From Azolla caroliniana (Eukaryota; Plantae; Polypodiophyta), in assembly GCA_043228905.1 (NCBI GenBank), contig JBHGNT010000012.1, positions 8,556,001-8,620,000 of the forward strand: a stretch of 64,000 nt of DNA, given 5' to 3'. The notes beneath the pieces were generated by a model. That model saw only the letters and a list, made by a program, of their open reading frames with translations. It ran no database searches and was not told the origin of the DNA. Each line of letters starts with the position of its first letter. Position 1 is the stretch's first letter. The position numbers and the translations under genes were made by a program. Shown here one piece after another: positions 34,238 through 46,990 of the stretch.

Positions 34238-37200
34238 TGTTTCGAATTCTTCTTCTGCTGTCTGTTGTTCGGGATCGGGCTATGTGTGCGTTGTGCGTCG
34301 GATCGCTCTTCTGTGCTTCTGCGCCTGTATGTAGGAAAATTTGTAAAAAGTGAGTCCTTCGCAGGCCTGTGTCTTATATAGTGGCTTTTGCCTTGAGCCG
34401 CCCTTTTTCGTTTCCCGCGCATGTTCCTCTCCCGCCATAATTAGTATGTCCTTTCTTGTTTGCCGCGTGTGAGTGCCCACGTTCCATGCTTTAAATAGCA
34501 AGTACGCGCACGTCCTTCTTTAATGCATGGCGTCTCTTCGTTGCATGGTGGCGCTCCCACCTCTTGTGATCTCCCCATCACTACTATGATTCGCGTCGAT
34601 TTTGCCCACGTCTTTTTTTTTTTTTTTTTTCTTTCTTTCTTTCTTTCTTTGGACCACGTCATTTGCTGGTCCCCCCCGATTTGTTCGGGTCGGTTCGTGT
34701 GGATACCGGATCCTTCTGTCGGTTTTCCGGGATAGTCTTTGTCAGTATCGGTGTCGGTTCTTCCTCGGTCCAAACATCTTCAGCAGCGTCTGTCGGTGTC
34801 GGTTCCTCATCTTGCCGGATTTTCGGGTTTTGCTTGAATGGGTTGGCTGGCATATTCCCCTTATACGGCTTTAGCCGAAACCCATTTGCCCATTTACCGA
34901 TGACATCTCCAGACAACGTGCCGAGCTGATATGACCCATTGTACTCTTTGGTGATCCAGAACGGTCCGGTCCACCGAAACCGCAACTTTCCCGGCATGTT
35001 CCCCATCCGTGTCTGGAATAGTAGCACCGGTTTCCCGACTTCGAACTCCTTTTCGTTGCCACGCCGGTGTCGGTCCACGAAAGCTTTTCTCCTCCTTTGC
35101 TCCAGTTCGAGTTGTAGTAAACTGGCTATTCGGTTTTCTTCTAATTCCAACAACGTCGCCAGCCGGATTCGTTCGGACTCCTTCTCACTTAAGCGCTCCT
35201 TTACCTGGATCCGTAAGCTGGGGATCTAGAACTCTACCGGCATGACCGCTTCTAAACCGAATGCTAGTCGGAACGGGGTTGTCTGAATGCTGGTTTTGTA
35301 CGTCGTTCGGTACGCCCATAGCGCGCTTTGCAATTTCGTATCCCAATCGGTCCGGTTCACGTTGACAATTTTTCGTAGGATGTTCTGCAGAGTTTTGTTC
35401 GTTGATTCCGCTAGTCCATTGGCTTGAGGGTAGTAGGGAGTACTCCTTTTATGTACCACCGCGTAAAATGACGTCAGGCTTTCTACTACCTGCCCGAGAA
35501 AATGTCCTCCTTGGTCACTTATAAGCTCGATCGGGCATCCATACCGGCACCATATGCACTCGTACAGAAACTTTGCCGTGGACGCGGCCGTGTTGTCCCA
35601 TAAGGCCTTTGCTTCTACCCATTTGGTGCAATAGTCGGTCGCCACTATGACATACTGATTTCCGGTTCGCATTGCTGGTGGCTTGAAGGGACCGACAAAG
35701 TCCAACCCCCACTTTTGAAATGGTTCCAAAGGCAAGACCGGGTGGTGTGGCATCCGGGCCTGCTCTGTGGGTTGGCCCAGTCGTTGACACAAATCGCATT
35801 CTCTGCTATACTTCACGGCATCTTTTAGGGTGGTGGGCCACCACAATCCGCTCTGCCATATTTTCCGAGCGGTTGCGTCGCCGGCATAATGCCCGCCGGC
35901 AATTCCACAGTGGGCTTCCCTGAGGATTAAATCCTTCTCATTGCTCCGCACTACTCGTCTCTAGATGCCATCTGCCCCCTTGTGATAGAGGGTGTCTCCA
36001 ACCAAGCAGAAATGTCTGCTTCTTACTGCTACCCTTTTCCTTTCATCGCGGTCCATGTTCTCCGGGGGAACTCCGGTGCTCAGGAACTGATGCATCTCAA
36101 TTAGCCACGTGTCTTCATCGGCTACCGTTGCATCCGTTGCCGGTTTCGTCGTGATCCGGAACAACTCGGCGTCGGGGAACTCATCCTGGACGCCGTCCCC
36201 TGCTTCTCCGGATTCGAGTCTGCTTAGGTAGTCCGCTACCGCATGCTGCGCCCCGGGTCGGTGGAAAATGTCGAATTCAAATTCCTGTAACAGCAGTGTC
36301 CATCGTGCAATTTTTCCCGTCAGGGATGCCTTCGAGACCAGGTAGAGTAGTGCCGAATGGTCGACATGGAAGGAAAACTTCCTTTCGAGCAGATAGTGCC
36401 TGTACTTTGTGACACTATACACCATTCCCAATGCCTCGCGTTCCGTCGTAGAGTAATTCCGTTCTGCTTTTGAGAGTTTCCGGCTTGCGTAATACACCGG
36501 TCGGTACCATTTCGGCTCCGTGAGTTGCATCAGAACGCTGCCGATTGCTACGTCCGACGCGTCGACGAAGACATGAAAGCTTTTACTTCAATCCGGCGGT
36601 TGCAGCACCGGAGCTTGCGACAGCATAACCTTCAATGCTTGGTAGGCTTCCTCCTCCGTCTCCGCCCGTAGGAAGGGTACCCTGTGTACGGCGGTATGTA
36701 ATGGTGTAGCGAAGTCTGCGAGGTGCCGTATCATCCGGCTATGCCACCTTATTTGGCCCAGGAACCGGCTTAAAGCCTTTGTGTTATTTGGTGCTGGTGC
36801 CTCGAGAATCGCCTTGACTTTATCCGGATCTACCGCGATTCCTTCCTTACTCGCCACGTGCCCTAGTAAGTTGCCGCTTGCCACTCCAAAGACGCACTTG
36901 GCCGGGTTCAGGCTCAATCGGTACTCGCGGCACTTCTCCAAGCACAGCCGGAGGTGATCGAGATGCTCTCCGTGCCGGGTGTAGACCGCGAAATCGTCAA
37001 GGAAGACCTGCATAAAACCGGGGATATATTCCCCGAAAATTTCCATTATTATCCTTTGAAAGGTCATTGGAGCTGTCTTTAGTCCGAACATCATCACGAC
37101 CGCGACGAACACTCCCCATTCCGTCACGAACGCTGTCTTCTCCTGGTTGGCCGGGTTCATTCGTATTTGGTTGTAGCCGCTAAATCCATCCAGGAAGCTG

Positions 37201-39894
37201 TAAACTTCGTGGCCGGCTACCGCATCTAACACCCCGTCCGTAAATGTTAGTGGAAACGCATCGGTCACTGTTGCGGCATTTAGTTTGCGATAGTCCACGC
37301 ATACCCGGATTTTGCCGTTCTTTTTCGGGACCACCACTATCGGACTTGGCTAGGTTGCCTGCTTGACCGGTCGGATAAATCCGACCCGGAGGAGCTTATC
37401 AATTTCCTCCTTCACCTTCGCCGCATAATTCGGATTCATCCGGTACCTTCATTGAGCGATCGGTTTCGCGTCCGTACTTAGGTGAATTTGGTGTTGATAG
37501 AGCTGGGGGTCCCCAGCCCTCGCATGTCTTCGTACGACCACGCGAACACATCCTTGAGTCTGTTAATAATGCTACCATTGCCTTCTTTTCTTCCTTCAGC
37601 AATTCCTTTGCAACATTTACCGGTCGGGGCTTGTGTGTTGTGCCGAGGTCCACCTCCTCTAGTTGGGATGCTTTTACCCTCTGGGATATCGTCATTTCCC
37701 TCTCTAGGGATTCTTGCGCTTGTCGCAGTTCCCGGATCGCCGCTTGGTCCGGTTCATCCGGCGTCGTAATGTACGGTTCTACTGCCGCCGTGATATCCAC
37801 CTCAAATAGTGGGACGATTCGTGGGTGTTCCTCGAGGTACTGCTCGACTTCCTCGTCCGGTAATCCCTCCAACATGTTAATGCTTTCCGCATACAATGGA
37901 GTTGCTTCTTTACTGGTGATCACCCGTGGTTGCGTCGTTACTCGTACCTTTATTTTCCCTCGCCGGAATGTGATCATGTTCTTCTGCCAATTCTGCTTGA
38001 TATGCGCCGTTCGCAGCCATGGTCGTCCTAGAAGTAGGGGGTACGCGCCTTGTACATTCAGCTGCAGCACCACGGCCGATATCCGGAATACGTGGCCTCC
38101 GATCGTTACTTCCAAATCCCGGATAAGTTTGGTCGGTCGGACTGAGCTGGTATCCGCCATGCGTAACCAGAAGGGGCATGGTTCCCATCCCCGGATGCCC
38201 AGGTTATCGCATGTCTGTCGGCTGATGACATTTACCCCGGAGCCTCCATCAATAATCGTTCCAGCAATTTCCTTTCCTTTCACGATTGCCGTGATCGTCG
38301 CGCTACTTGTATCGACCACCGCTGGTCCTTCCTCCGGGTTGGAGAAGAATGTCGGTGCTGGTGTCTGCTTCGGTTTGCTCACGGCTGCCTGTAAGTCTGT
38401 CGTAAACCGTGGCACCAACTGTAGTAGCTGTGCTAACGGCAGCACGATTTGATAGTCCTGAAGCGCTTGCCACGTCGGGTTTTCTCCTGGCTGTATGATT
38501 TCTTCGTCTTTTGGTATATTTTGGTCTCTTACTTCTGCCGCATTCTATTCATTGGCCTCCTTGATCCATTGCGCCGCTTGTTTTCTGATTGCCTCCTGGG
38601 CTTCCCACTCGGCGGTCTTTCCCTTTGACCGGGTTGTGACCTGCTGTACTTTCGTTATTTCGGTTGTAACCATGTTGACTTCCGGCTGCTTGTCATTGGC
38701 TTTGCTTGGGCATTGGTTACTATAGTGGCCTTCCTTATGGCAGTGTAATAACAGTACACCTTGTGACTGTTGCTCGTTTCTCCTTTGTCCCCGGTTTGGA
38801 GGGTGGGTATGCTTCGGCGGTCGTCTTCGGTTTTTCGGTTATCCGGTACCGATACCGGGTTGTCATTCCTCGCTGCCTCCCGACGTTCCTCTCTTCGGAA
38901 GAATCCACGCTTCTGATTCCGTCGGAAATTTCGGTTCCCTTGTCGCCTCTCTTCTCTGCGTCGTTCGTATTCTGGGGATTCGTCTCGGTCGTACCGGTCC
39001 CGGGGGTAGCTATCTCTGCGTCTCTCCTCTCGGTCATAGTTATTGCGTCTTCTATCAGCGTATCTGTTATCGCGTTCGCGTTGGTAGCGGTCGTCTCTCC
39101 GGAATCGATCCTCGTCCGGGTTCTGATTGCGCAGTTCTATGTGTCGAACCGGTGCTGCCTGCCGATTTAATAGGTTATATTCGCATCGGTCCATTGTATG
39201 GGCTCGAGAGTTGCAGATCATACATTGTGTCCGCAGGGTGCAGTCTACTGTTGAGTGCCCCGAATTTAGGCATGTTGTGCATTGTAAGGCCTGTCGGAAC
39301 CTCAGGTCTTCCTCCTTCGGGAGTGCCCGGTGTAACATCCCCATCGACAAGAAGGGGCTAGTCTTGTCCATTTCTAAAACCCGATCAATAACTTGGTCCA
39401 TTGTGCTGGTTTGGAAATCAAGGACTCCGCACATTGTTCGAAGTGGCTCTTTCAGCGCGGCCAAAAAGACTGCTTTGGCTTCGTCTTCGGGTGGTGCTCT
39501 TGTCAGTTGGTTGTGCAGGGTCTAAAACCGAATGATGAATTGTGGCCCAGTCTCATTCTCTTCCTGTCGGGTGGTGTAGAACTGCCCAACCAATTCCCTT
39601 TGCTCAACTTGTCTGTGAAAAAGCCTGAGGAATCTGGCCTTCAAGGCCTCGAATGTGGCAAAGCTGCCCGGTAAGTGCTTTGCGTGCCATCGGGCCGCCG
39701 GCCCTTCTAAGGTTATGCCGAATTCGGCGACTTTGGATCGTTCGGCTTCGGGCTCCGTCAGTCTTTGGGAGACATGTTTGGCTTCCCATGTTTGGAGGAA
39801 TGCGTACACGTGTGCCTCCGCGTCGGGCTCATCCCGGTACTTTGGGTATGGGTACGGCATCGTGTCGTCCAACTGACTCTCCTGCTTTCTGTCC

Positions 39895-40097
39895 GCTGTT
39901 GGCGTCGGTGTGAGAACCTTTGGTTCCTCCGCGGTTGGTGCCGGTATCCGCTCCTTCAGTTCCTCCGCGGGTGTTGCCGGTGTCCGGTCCTTTGGTTCCT
40001 CCACGGGTGTTGTCGGTATCCGCTCCTTCGGTTCCTTCGCGGGTGTTGTTGGTATCCGCTCCTTCGGTTCCTTCGCGGGTGTTGTCGGTATCCGGTC
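39895..40097 (-). repeat. 36-bp coding tandem repeat (RIPTTPAKEPKE)n upstream of the gag capsid
   Basis: About 5.5 units in ORF 39522..40616. Confidence 0.9.
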
Positions 40098-40565
40098 AGC
40101 CTCCCTCGGCGATAGCCGGTCACCGAACTCCAAGGTTATTTCTTCCTCTGGCTCCGATGTTACTGAGTCTTCCGACCCCTCTTCCCCCGGGTCGTTTGGT
40201 GTGTCGTGGCTTCTTTTATACCGGGACGCAACGCTTCCGTCGCTTTCTGACTCCGCCTCAAGTGTTGCGAATGCTTCCGAGTCCCCGTCGCCCCCGACGA
40301 GCGTCTGTAGTATCGTTTCTGCCTCTTGCAGGCTTGTTATGCTACTGCCTTCGTCGGGGATTTGCAGAACCCGGAACTGCAGTGCTTCTTCTGCGACTCT
40401 CCGAAGAGTTTTGGAGAATGACCGATCCCGCCGGATCTCGTCGACGGCTTGCTGCAGGGCTTCCCGTCGTTGCTCGCGTTCGGTGTATCGTCTCCCTCGT
40501 TCGGTGATGTGGTCGTCGTTTGGTCTAGACATCCATCCCCCGGTTGTCCTCTGCACTTTGCAGGA

Positions 40566-40578
40566 ATCGTGGTCGCCA
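40566..40578 (-). promoter_or_regulatory. Canonical PBS, tRNA-Arg-like (TGGCGACCACGAT)
   Basis: 6 nt downstream of the 5' LTR; complementary to a tRNA 3' end ...AUCGUGGUCG-CCA. Confidence 0.8.
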
Positions 40579-40584
40579 AAATAG

Positions 40585-40974
40585 TGTTGTATGCCTGGCC
40601 GGACTAGCCTCAACACAGGTGTCTATCCGACACTTCTCCAAAGGGGTGGTAAGGATTGGATGCTAGGTTACACGCGTAAGATGATTACAATTAAGCACAG
40701 ACGGTAAACAATACGAAGATACAGATAAACACGCAATAATTACTATTGTATTACTTCCGTCAAACCCTTTACAAATCATCGAATCCTTTTATAGGCATCC
40801 GGCAAGGTTACAATCGGTGCGCTTAGGCAACCGACATCCGAATCGGTCCGGATCCGGATCGATACAACTGTACCGGATCCGTCCCTCCGAATAATAATTC
40901 TACTATTATTTACTTCCTATTATCCGATTCGACTCCGCCTTCCCACTTGTCCTTGCTCTTCTGACCGGCCAACA
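40585..40974 (-). repeat. 5' LTR
   Basis: Direct repeat; minus-strand ctataaaag TATA. Confidence 0.97.
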
Positions 40975-40979
40975 AGAAC

Positions 40980-42802
40980 TTGTGAGAATTTTAGAAGAAG
41001 ACCTCTTCTTCGTTGAGCATTAGTTACTCCATACATACGATGAACGATCTTAATATTTCGTAATGTGATATCCCATGCTTTAACTCCCTTAAGATTCACT
41101 TCTTGTGAAAAACTTACCAAATTTGCTCCATGAGAGAATCAAAGTGAGGTTGAAGCTAAAGAGAAGAGTTAAAGCGTAATGGAGGCTTTCCAAGTAAGGA
41201 TTTATACATGTCAATTGCATGACCACAAATCTCCAAACAAATAGGAAAGTGATCTGAAGTTCCTACATCTTGTAAAACTTCCATACGAACTGATGTCGGT
41301 AAAAAAGAATCATTATGCATCACATACATTCTATCTAATCGACTCCATGTTTGTCTATGTTGAGCGGATTCGAAAGTAAAACCTGGATCATTCCCATGTA
41401 ACCATGTCCAAACATCCAACTTCAAAACCTCCATAGCCAATGAATCCCAAGCAAGTTGCTCAGGATCATCCATGATTGAATGTTCAGATGCACATGTTAA
41501 ACTCACCCATAACTAATCCTAGACGGCCTACACATAGGGTTTGACGGAGTGAGCGCCATAATGCAATACGTTGAGTGGCTTGGATAGGGGCATAAATCCC
41601 AACCACCCACACAATCTCGCCAAAAGAAGTGATTTCTAGAACCAAAACCGACCATAAGGATCATTATGCACCACCTGAGGAAAATACTGATCCTGCATGA
41701 TTAATACCACACCTGAATAATGATTATTAAGATTTCTTGCATAGAATGATGAATATCCACGCAAATGAACCGTGGATCCTGCTAACTCATGACACTTATG
41801 CTCAACTGCACATAATATATCTCATTCTTTACTTAATAAAGTTTGCCATAATATATACTTCTTATGAGGAGAACATGCCCATCTCATATTCCATGTTACC
41901 ACTTTCATTCAGTCAACAATGTTATGGGTGAACTTGCTCCTTTAGAGCAACCGATGTCATGAAACTAGTTAAAGCATGTTCCAATGCTGCATATGGATTT
42001 TCATGCACCACATCCTTAGAGTTGTCTATCGAACTCTTTTGTTTAGGTTCTCCCGCTTGACGAAAACCTCGAGAATTCGATGAATTTACAACCTATCCCA
42101 ATGAATCAAATTGAAGGTGAAGGGGTAATCCCTTATCCCTAAATTGTCTTTGCCGAGGAACTTTTCGAGGACCCTCCCTAGTTCCTGAATTACTTTTCCA
42201 AGTAGTCCCACGAGTAGTGGGCAAACTATTACGTTGCATATTCATTGATTTGCCCTTCGACTTGCCCTTAACCTGATGCCAATCCTTTTCAACCACAACA
42301 TCATTACTAGTTCTATCCAACGGTTTTTTCCCCTTATCTATAACCACCAAATTTTGTTTTTCCATATCCATAGATTGAGTTTCCTTATTCTTAGGGCCCA
42401 AACCTTGAAGTGAAACCTCTTTATAACCTGCTCTAGATGATGTTCCTTCATCCATAACAACCACCATATTTGACACACCAACATCTCTCCTAACTCCTTC
42501 CTTACCATTCCCTTCATTAGGAACCTCTATAGTTGAAGGACAATGACGATGGCATTCCGCCATAAAGTGACCCCATTCACCACATCCAAAACATTGACCT
42601 GCAAATGTCTCCCACTTCAATTTAAAACAAAGTCTTTTCATTCCAGGTTTGTTCATACGCACCCATCCTGGCTTCTTACGACTTGTATCCCATAACACAC
42701 AAAATCTGCACTTATTTGTAGCATTTGCATGTGGAGATACCAACACTTTACCCATTTGACTCATCAACTCTAGTAAAAGTAGCCATAAAAAGGCATGCTT
42801 AC
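40980..42802 (-). pseudogene. L1 ORF2 endonuclease and ORF1 C-part
   Basis: ORFs 41156..41506 and 42093..42767. Confidence 0.85.
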
Positions 42803-43256
42803 TGTTGAGAGATCAAGCTCAACTTAGTTTAGTTAGTCAACACATGTAACTTAGTAGTTACCTAGATAGAATCTAGTTAGTGTGTTGACCATAAGGCCTT
42901 AAATAGGATTTTGTACTTGAGTGGGATACATTGTAGATCCACTACTCCATGCTCATTTAATATAGGACTTACACGTTGTACCTATATTCTCCTAGCACAT
43001 GTGCACCCTTGCACATGAAACCTATATATACCTCATTGAAGGTATTTTTGTATTTGATGATAGTTGATGATATTTACCTTTTAATATACTTTATCGTCCC
43101 ACATCTTGTTTTTGTGTTCATAAGGGTACTTCTCTCTCTCTTCCTCTCACGCACACATACACACACATATCACTTAATCTTCCGCTACGTAATCGCTTAA
43201 CTTAATCACATAATTAGATAATAATTATTCCTTAATTAATTACCTAATACTAAACA

Positions 43257-43268
43257 TGGTATCAGAGC
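43257..43268 (+). promoter_or_regulatory. PBS for initiator tRNA-Met
   Basis: TGGTATCAGAGC immediately after the 5' LTR. Confidence 0.95.
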
Positions 43269-43425
43269 GTGTGGTTTAGCATATCCACTAAGCCCACCCG
43301 ACACTCCGTGATTGTGTGTTCAAAATGCCGACAACAAATTCCGGTTATCCGCTACCGTAGTGTCGCTACGTAGCACAAGTACGTGATTGAAGAAAGAAGA
43401 GCCAAAAAGGAAGACACAAAACAAC

Positions 43426-46400
43426 ATGAACACACAAATGGGTAGCTTGCTCCCTAGCGAAAAGCTAGACTAGAGCAATTATTCATCTTGGGAGTACAAG
43501 ATAACCCAATACCTCGTTAGCCAAGGGTATTGGAGCTACATCAACGGCGCACTCGAGAACAAGCCCGACATCACAAACGCCAACTACCCAACACTACCCA
43601 ACGTGGGAACAAGGAGCGAGTTGGGTAATGTATTGCTTGGCAACATGTGTCCACGACCACATGCTTAGCCACATTCGAGATGCCAAGACGCCTAAAGAGG
43701 CATGGGAGAACTTAAAGAAAATGTTCGCCGCCAACACGACCGCCCGCAAACTTCAACTCCGGCAAGAGTTGAATAACATTCGGCAAAAAGACATGTCCGT
43801 GTCGGACTACACCGCCAAAATCAAGAGCATTTGTGACTCGCTTGGCTCCATCAACATAAACGTTTACGAAGACGAGATGCTTCTAGTATGCTTGGGCGGC
43901 CTCGCACAACGATTGGATCCACTACGGATGGCAATCTTGGCGAGAGAAAACCCTCCTTCATTCTTCGACCTCCAATCAATGTTATTGGTCGAAGAAAACC
44001 ACGTCTGAACCAAAAGCAAGGCACCTGAAGGACAAATGTTGTTTTCGAATCCGGACGGTGGTCGAGGAAGAGGTCGTGGCTGTAGAAGAGGAAGTCATCG
44101 AGGAACCTTCGGAAGAAGGGGGAGCTTCCAAGCCGAACAAGGTCGGCAAATGAGGCCCGCAACATGCAATTATTGTGGCAAAATCGGCCACCATGAGGCG
44201 GAGTTTCGGAAAAAGAGAAGTGAGTCGGCTTCAACAAGTCGACACCTCACAAACTACGCATCGAACTCCGACCACGACACCCGTAGTGGAATGTTCACGA
44301 ATAACACGTCGTATTCCGACTACGACGATTGTAGTGAAACTTTTACAAATTACGCCCCAAATTCCAACTATGGCGACCGTGGCAGAATGTTCGTAATGAG
44401 GCATAGAGCAAACTTTATGACGGCCTCCAACTCCACAAGCACCTCCAACTCGGAAAACGTGTGGTTCGTCGATTCCGGCACCTCACATCATATGACATCT
44501 CACGAACAGTGGTTTCGTGATTTACGAACGCCGGATCGACCCAGCTTCTGACAAGAACTACATGCTCCCTATGCGCAGCGCTCGGCCGCAACCAAGCTTA
44601 GAATCATACATAGAAAAACGGGAATGAATGCATGACACAGTGAAGAGAAGAGTACACAGGATGTTTACGTGGAAAACCCAAATACGGGAAAAACCACGGC
44701 AGCCCACAAACTGCAAACTATCACTATGTTAGAATGTACAAAAATGGTAAAGCACCGAAGCAACGACCTCGAGCTTTCTATCTTCGCCACAGGCGGTGGT
44801 TACAATAGAGGCAACAACCTCTTCCTCTCTCTCACTCTCTTTGTACACAGTTGCGCGCACAAATCTTGCGCCAACAAGAATAACAACAACATCACTATTC
44901 TCATGTTTGCCCTAAGTCATATTTATACTATTATGATTTTTCGGCTATTTACAAATATAGCCCCAATGGACTCTCAGAAACATATTTACGAATATGTCTC
45001 TTCATCCAGTGAGCACTCCTCACAGGGCCTGCATCATCCGGCGCTTGCCGGGTACTCGTCATCCGGTTCTCACCGGGTCTTCCGTTTCCGGGTACTCCTC
45101 ATCCGGTTCTCACCGGGTCTTCCGTTTTCGAGTACTCCTCATCCGACGCTTGCCGGGTACACCACATCCAGTTCTCACCGGGTCTGCACCATCCGGCTCT
45201 CCGTAGCCGGGTACTTGTCATCTGGTTCTCACCAGGTCTTCCGTAGCTAGGTATTCCTCATCTGGTTTCGGCCTCGACCGAGTTTGCTCATCAGTACTGT
45301 TCTTCTCACTTCCCATCCGGAGGGACCTGTTTCCTAACAGCTCCATAGAGACGACACCACGCACCCCATTCGGCACATCGTCAATGTCCCATTTGGGAAA
45401 GAAGGCAAGCAAACTTGCATCAAGAATGTGTTGCACTTGCCCACAATAACGAAGAATTTTTCTCGATCAGCCAAATCGTGGAGCAAGGCATGCAAGTCCG
45501 CTTCAACAACGAAGGATGCTTCATCAAGAAAGATGGTCCAATCGTAGTTAAGGGGCAGAGAGAAGGCCGAATGTTCATCCTCAATTCGAACGAGGTGAAA
45601 TCGGCAATGTGCGCTAAAGGTCTCAAAAACGAGACGAACATCGAGTTGTGGCACAAAAGAATCGGCCACATCAACCTCCAACGGCTCCGAGCGATGCAAA
45701 CCAAGGGAGTCGTCATCGGACTTCCGACATTGGAGTCGACCGAGTATATGAAGCGTGTCAACTCGGCAAACAACATCAAATCCCATTCCCGAAGGAGAGT
45801 CATACAAGCAAAGGCCTCCTCGACATCATACACTCGAATGTATGGAGACTAGCTCAAACGCCGATGATCGGCGGATGCCGATACTACGTAACCTTCATTG
45901 ACGACTACTCGCGCTATGCGTGGATCTACCCGATGAAGAAGAAAAGCGAAGTGCTCTCCCACTTCCAAAAGCTCAAGGGGCAAGTCGAAAAAGAAACCGG
46001 TCGGCACATTCGATGCCTACGATCGGATGAACGCAAGGAGTACTTCTCCGACCAATTCACCTCCTACCTCCAAAGTGAAGGCAATCATAGAGAATTCTCG
46101 TGCCGACACACACCCCAACAAAATGGAGTCGCCAAAAGGAAAAATCGGCAAATACTCGAGGTAGCACGCGCCATGATGCATGAGAAGCACATGCCGAATT
46201 TCTATTGGGTTGAAGCGGCATCTACGGCCATCTATCTCATGAATCGATGCCCCACGAATGGAGTGCATGAGCTAACTCCATATGAGCTCCTTGTTGGAAG
46301 GAAGCCGATCCTATCGCATCTCAAAGTGTTCGAAAGCATTGCGAATGTACGCATCCCTAACAAACAACGACAAAAGCCCGACACGAAGTCGGAGAGATGT

Positions 46401-46990
46401 ATCCTCGTAGGATACTCGTCTGAGAAGAAGGCATACAAGTGCTATAACCCGTCGAGGCGAGAATTTTGCATAAGTCGAGACGTAGTCTTCGACGAGTACG
46501 CATCCTGGTACGCACCAGAGACCTCTTCGACTCCGACTACGCTCGATGCGGATTACGTCGAACAAGAGGTAGAAGCCGAAGATCAACTCGCGCATATGAA
46601 CGAAGAAAGTCCGGTTACGACCGAGCTTAGTGGCCCACAAGAATCTTCACGTGACCCAAGCACATCACGGGCAAGTCCGAAATTGGATAAGGGCAAGGGC
46701 AAGATGCCTGAAAACGAAGTCGATTACCCCGACGACAATGATTCGGATGGATCGGCTCCCTCACTAGATAGTGAGTTCGGTGTACCCATCATGCGTACAC
46801 CCGGAGTAAAGAAGGCGCTCACATCGGCGAGCGAAAAACTTCGACGCTCTTCTAGAGAGAAGAATCTCGTCACTCGGCTCGGCTACAACGAGTATATGGC
46901 CCATCATTACGCCTTCGCGATGAAGGTAGCGACCGAACAAGAGCCCAAGAGCTCCACCGAAGCGGCTCATAACCCACGATGGGTGGAAGT
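43426..46990 (+). pseudogene. copia-C gag, protease and integrase (disrupted)
   Basis: UBN2-type gag (43628..44008), CNYCGKIGH, WFVDSGTSHHM, integrase in 45648..47165. Confidence 0.9.
44549..45339 (-). repeat. Solo LTR related to the copia-A LTR, inserted in copia-C
   Basis: TG..CA ends, TSD GCTTC/GCTCC, reverse-complement similarity to 2731-3242, internal repeats of about 39 bp at 45000-45270. Confidence 0.85.

Larger units (their letters stand above)
34659..40616 (-). pseudogene. gag-pol polyprotein with several stops and frameshifts
   Basis: Gag with two CCHC-like knuckles, IIDGGSG protease, FLDDF RT, RNase H, integrase (GGHYAG, CDLC, WGLDFVGP, NGLAESTN, GPF). Confidence 0.92.
30872..40974 (-). 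mobile_element. Full-length non-chromovirus (Athila-like) Ty3/gypsy element with an extra 3' ORF
   Basis: 390-bp LTRs 30872-31261 and 40585-40974 (TGTTG..CAACA, about 7 differences), TSD AGAAC, gag-PR-RT-RH-IN on the minus strand. Confidence 0.97.

Noticed and set aside
33327-40584. Long plus-strand ORFs (33327..34061, 37631..38452, 39910..40584)
   Set aside because: Antisense shadows of GC-rich gag-pol and extra-ORF coding sequence with no recognisable motifs.
42976-43200. Small ORFs repeated at 42976 and 47337
   Set aside because: Chance frames inside the two copia-C LTR copies.
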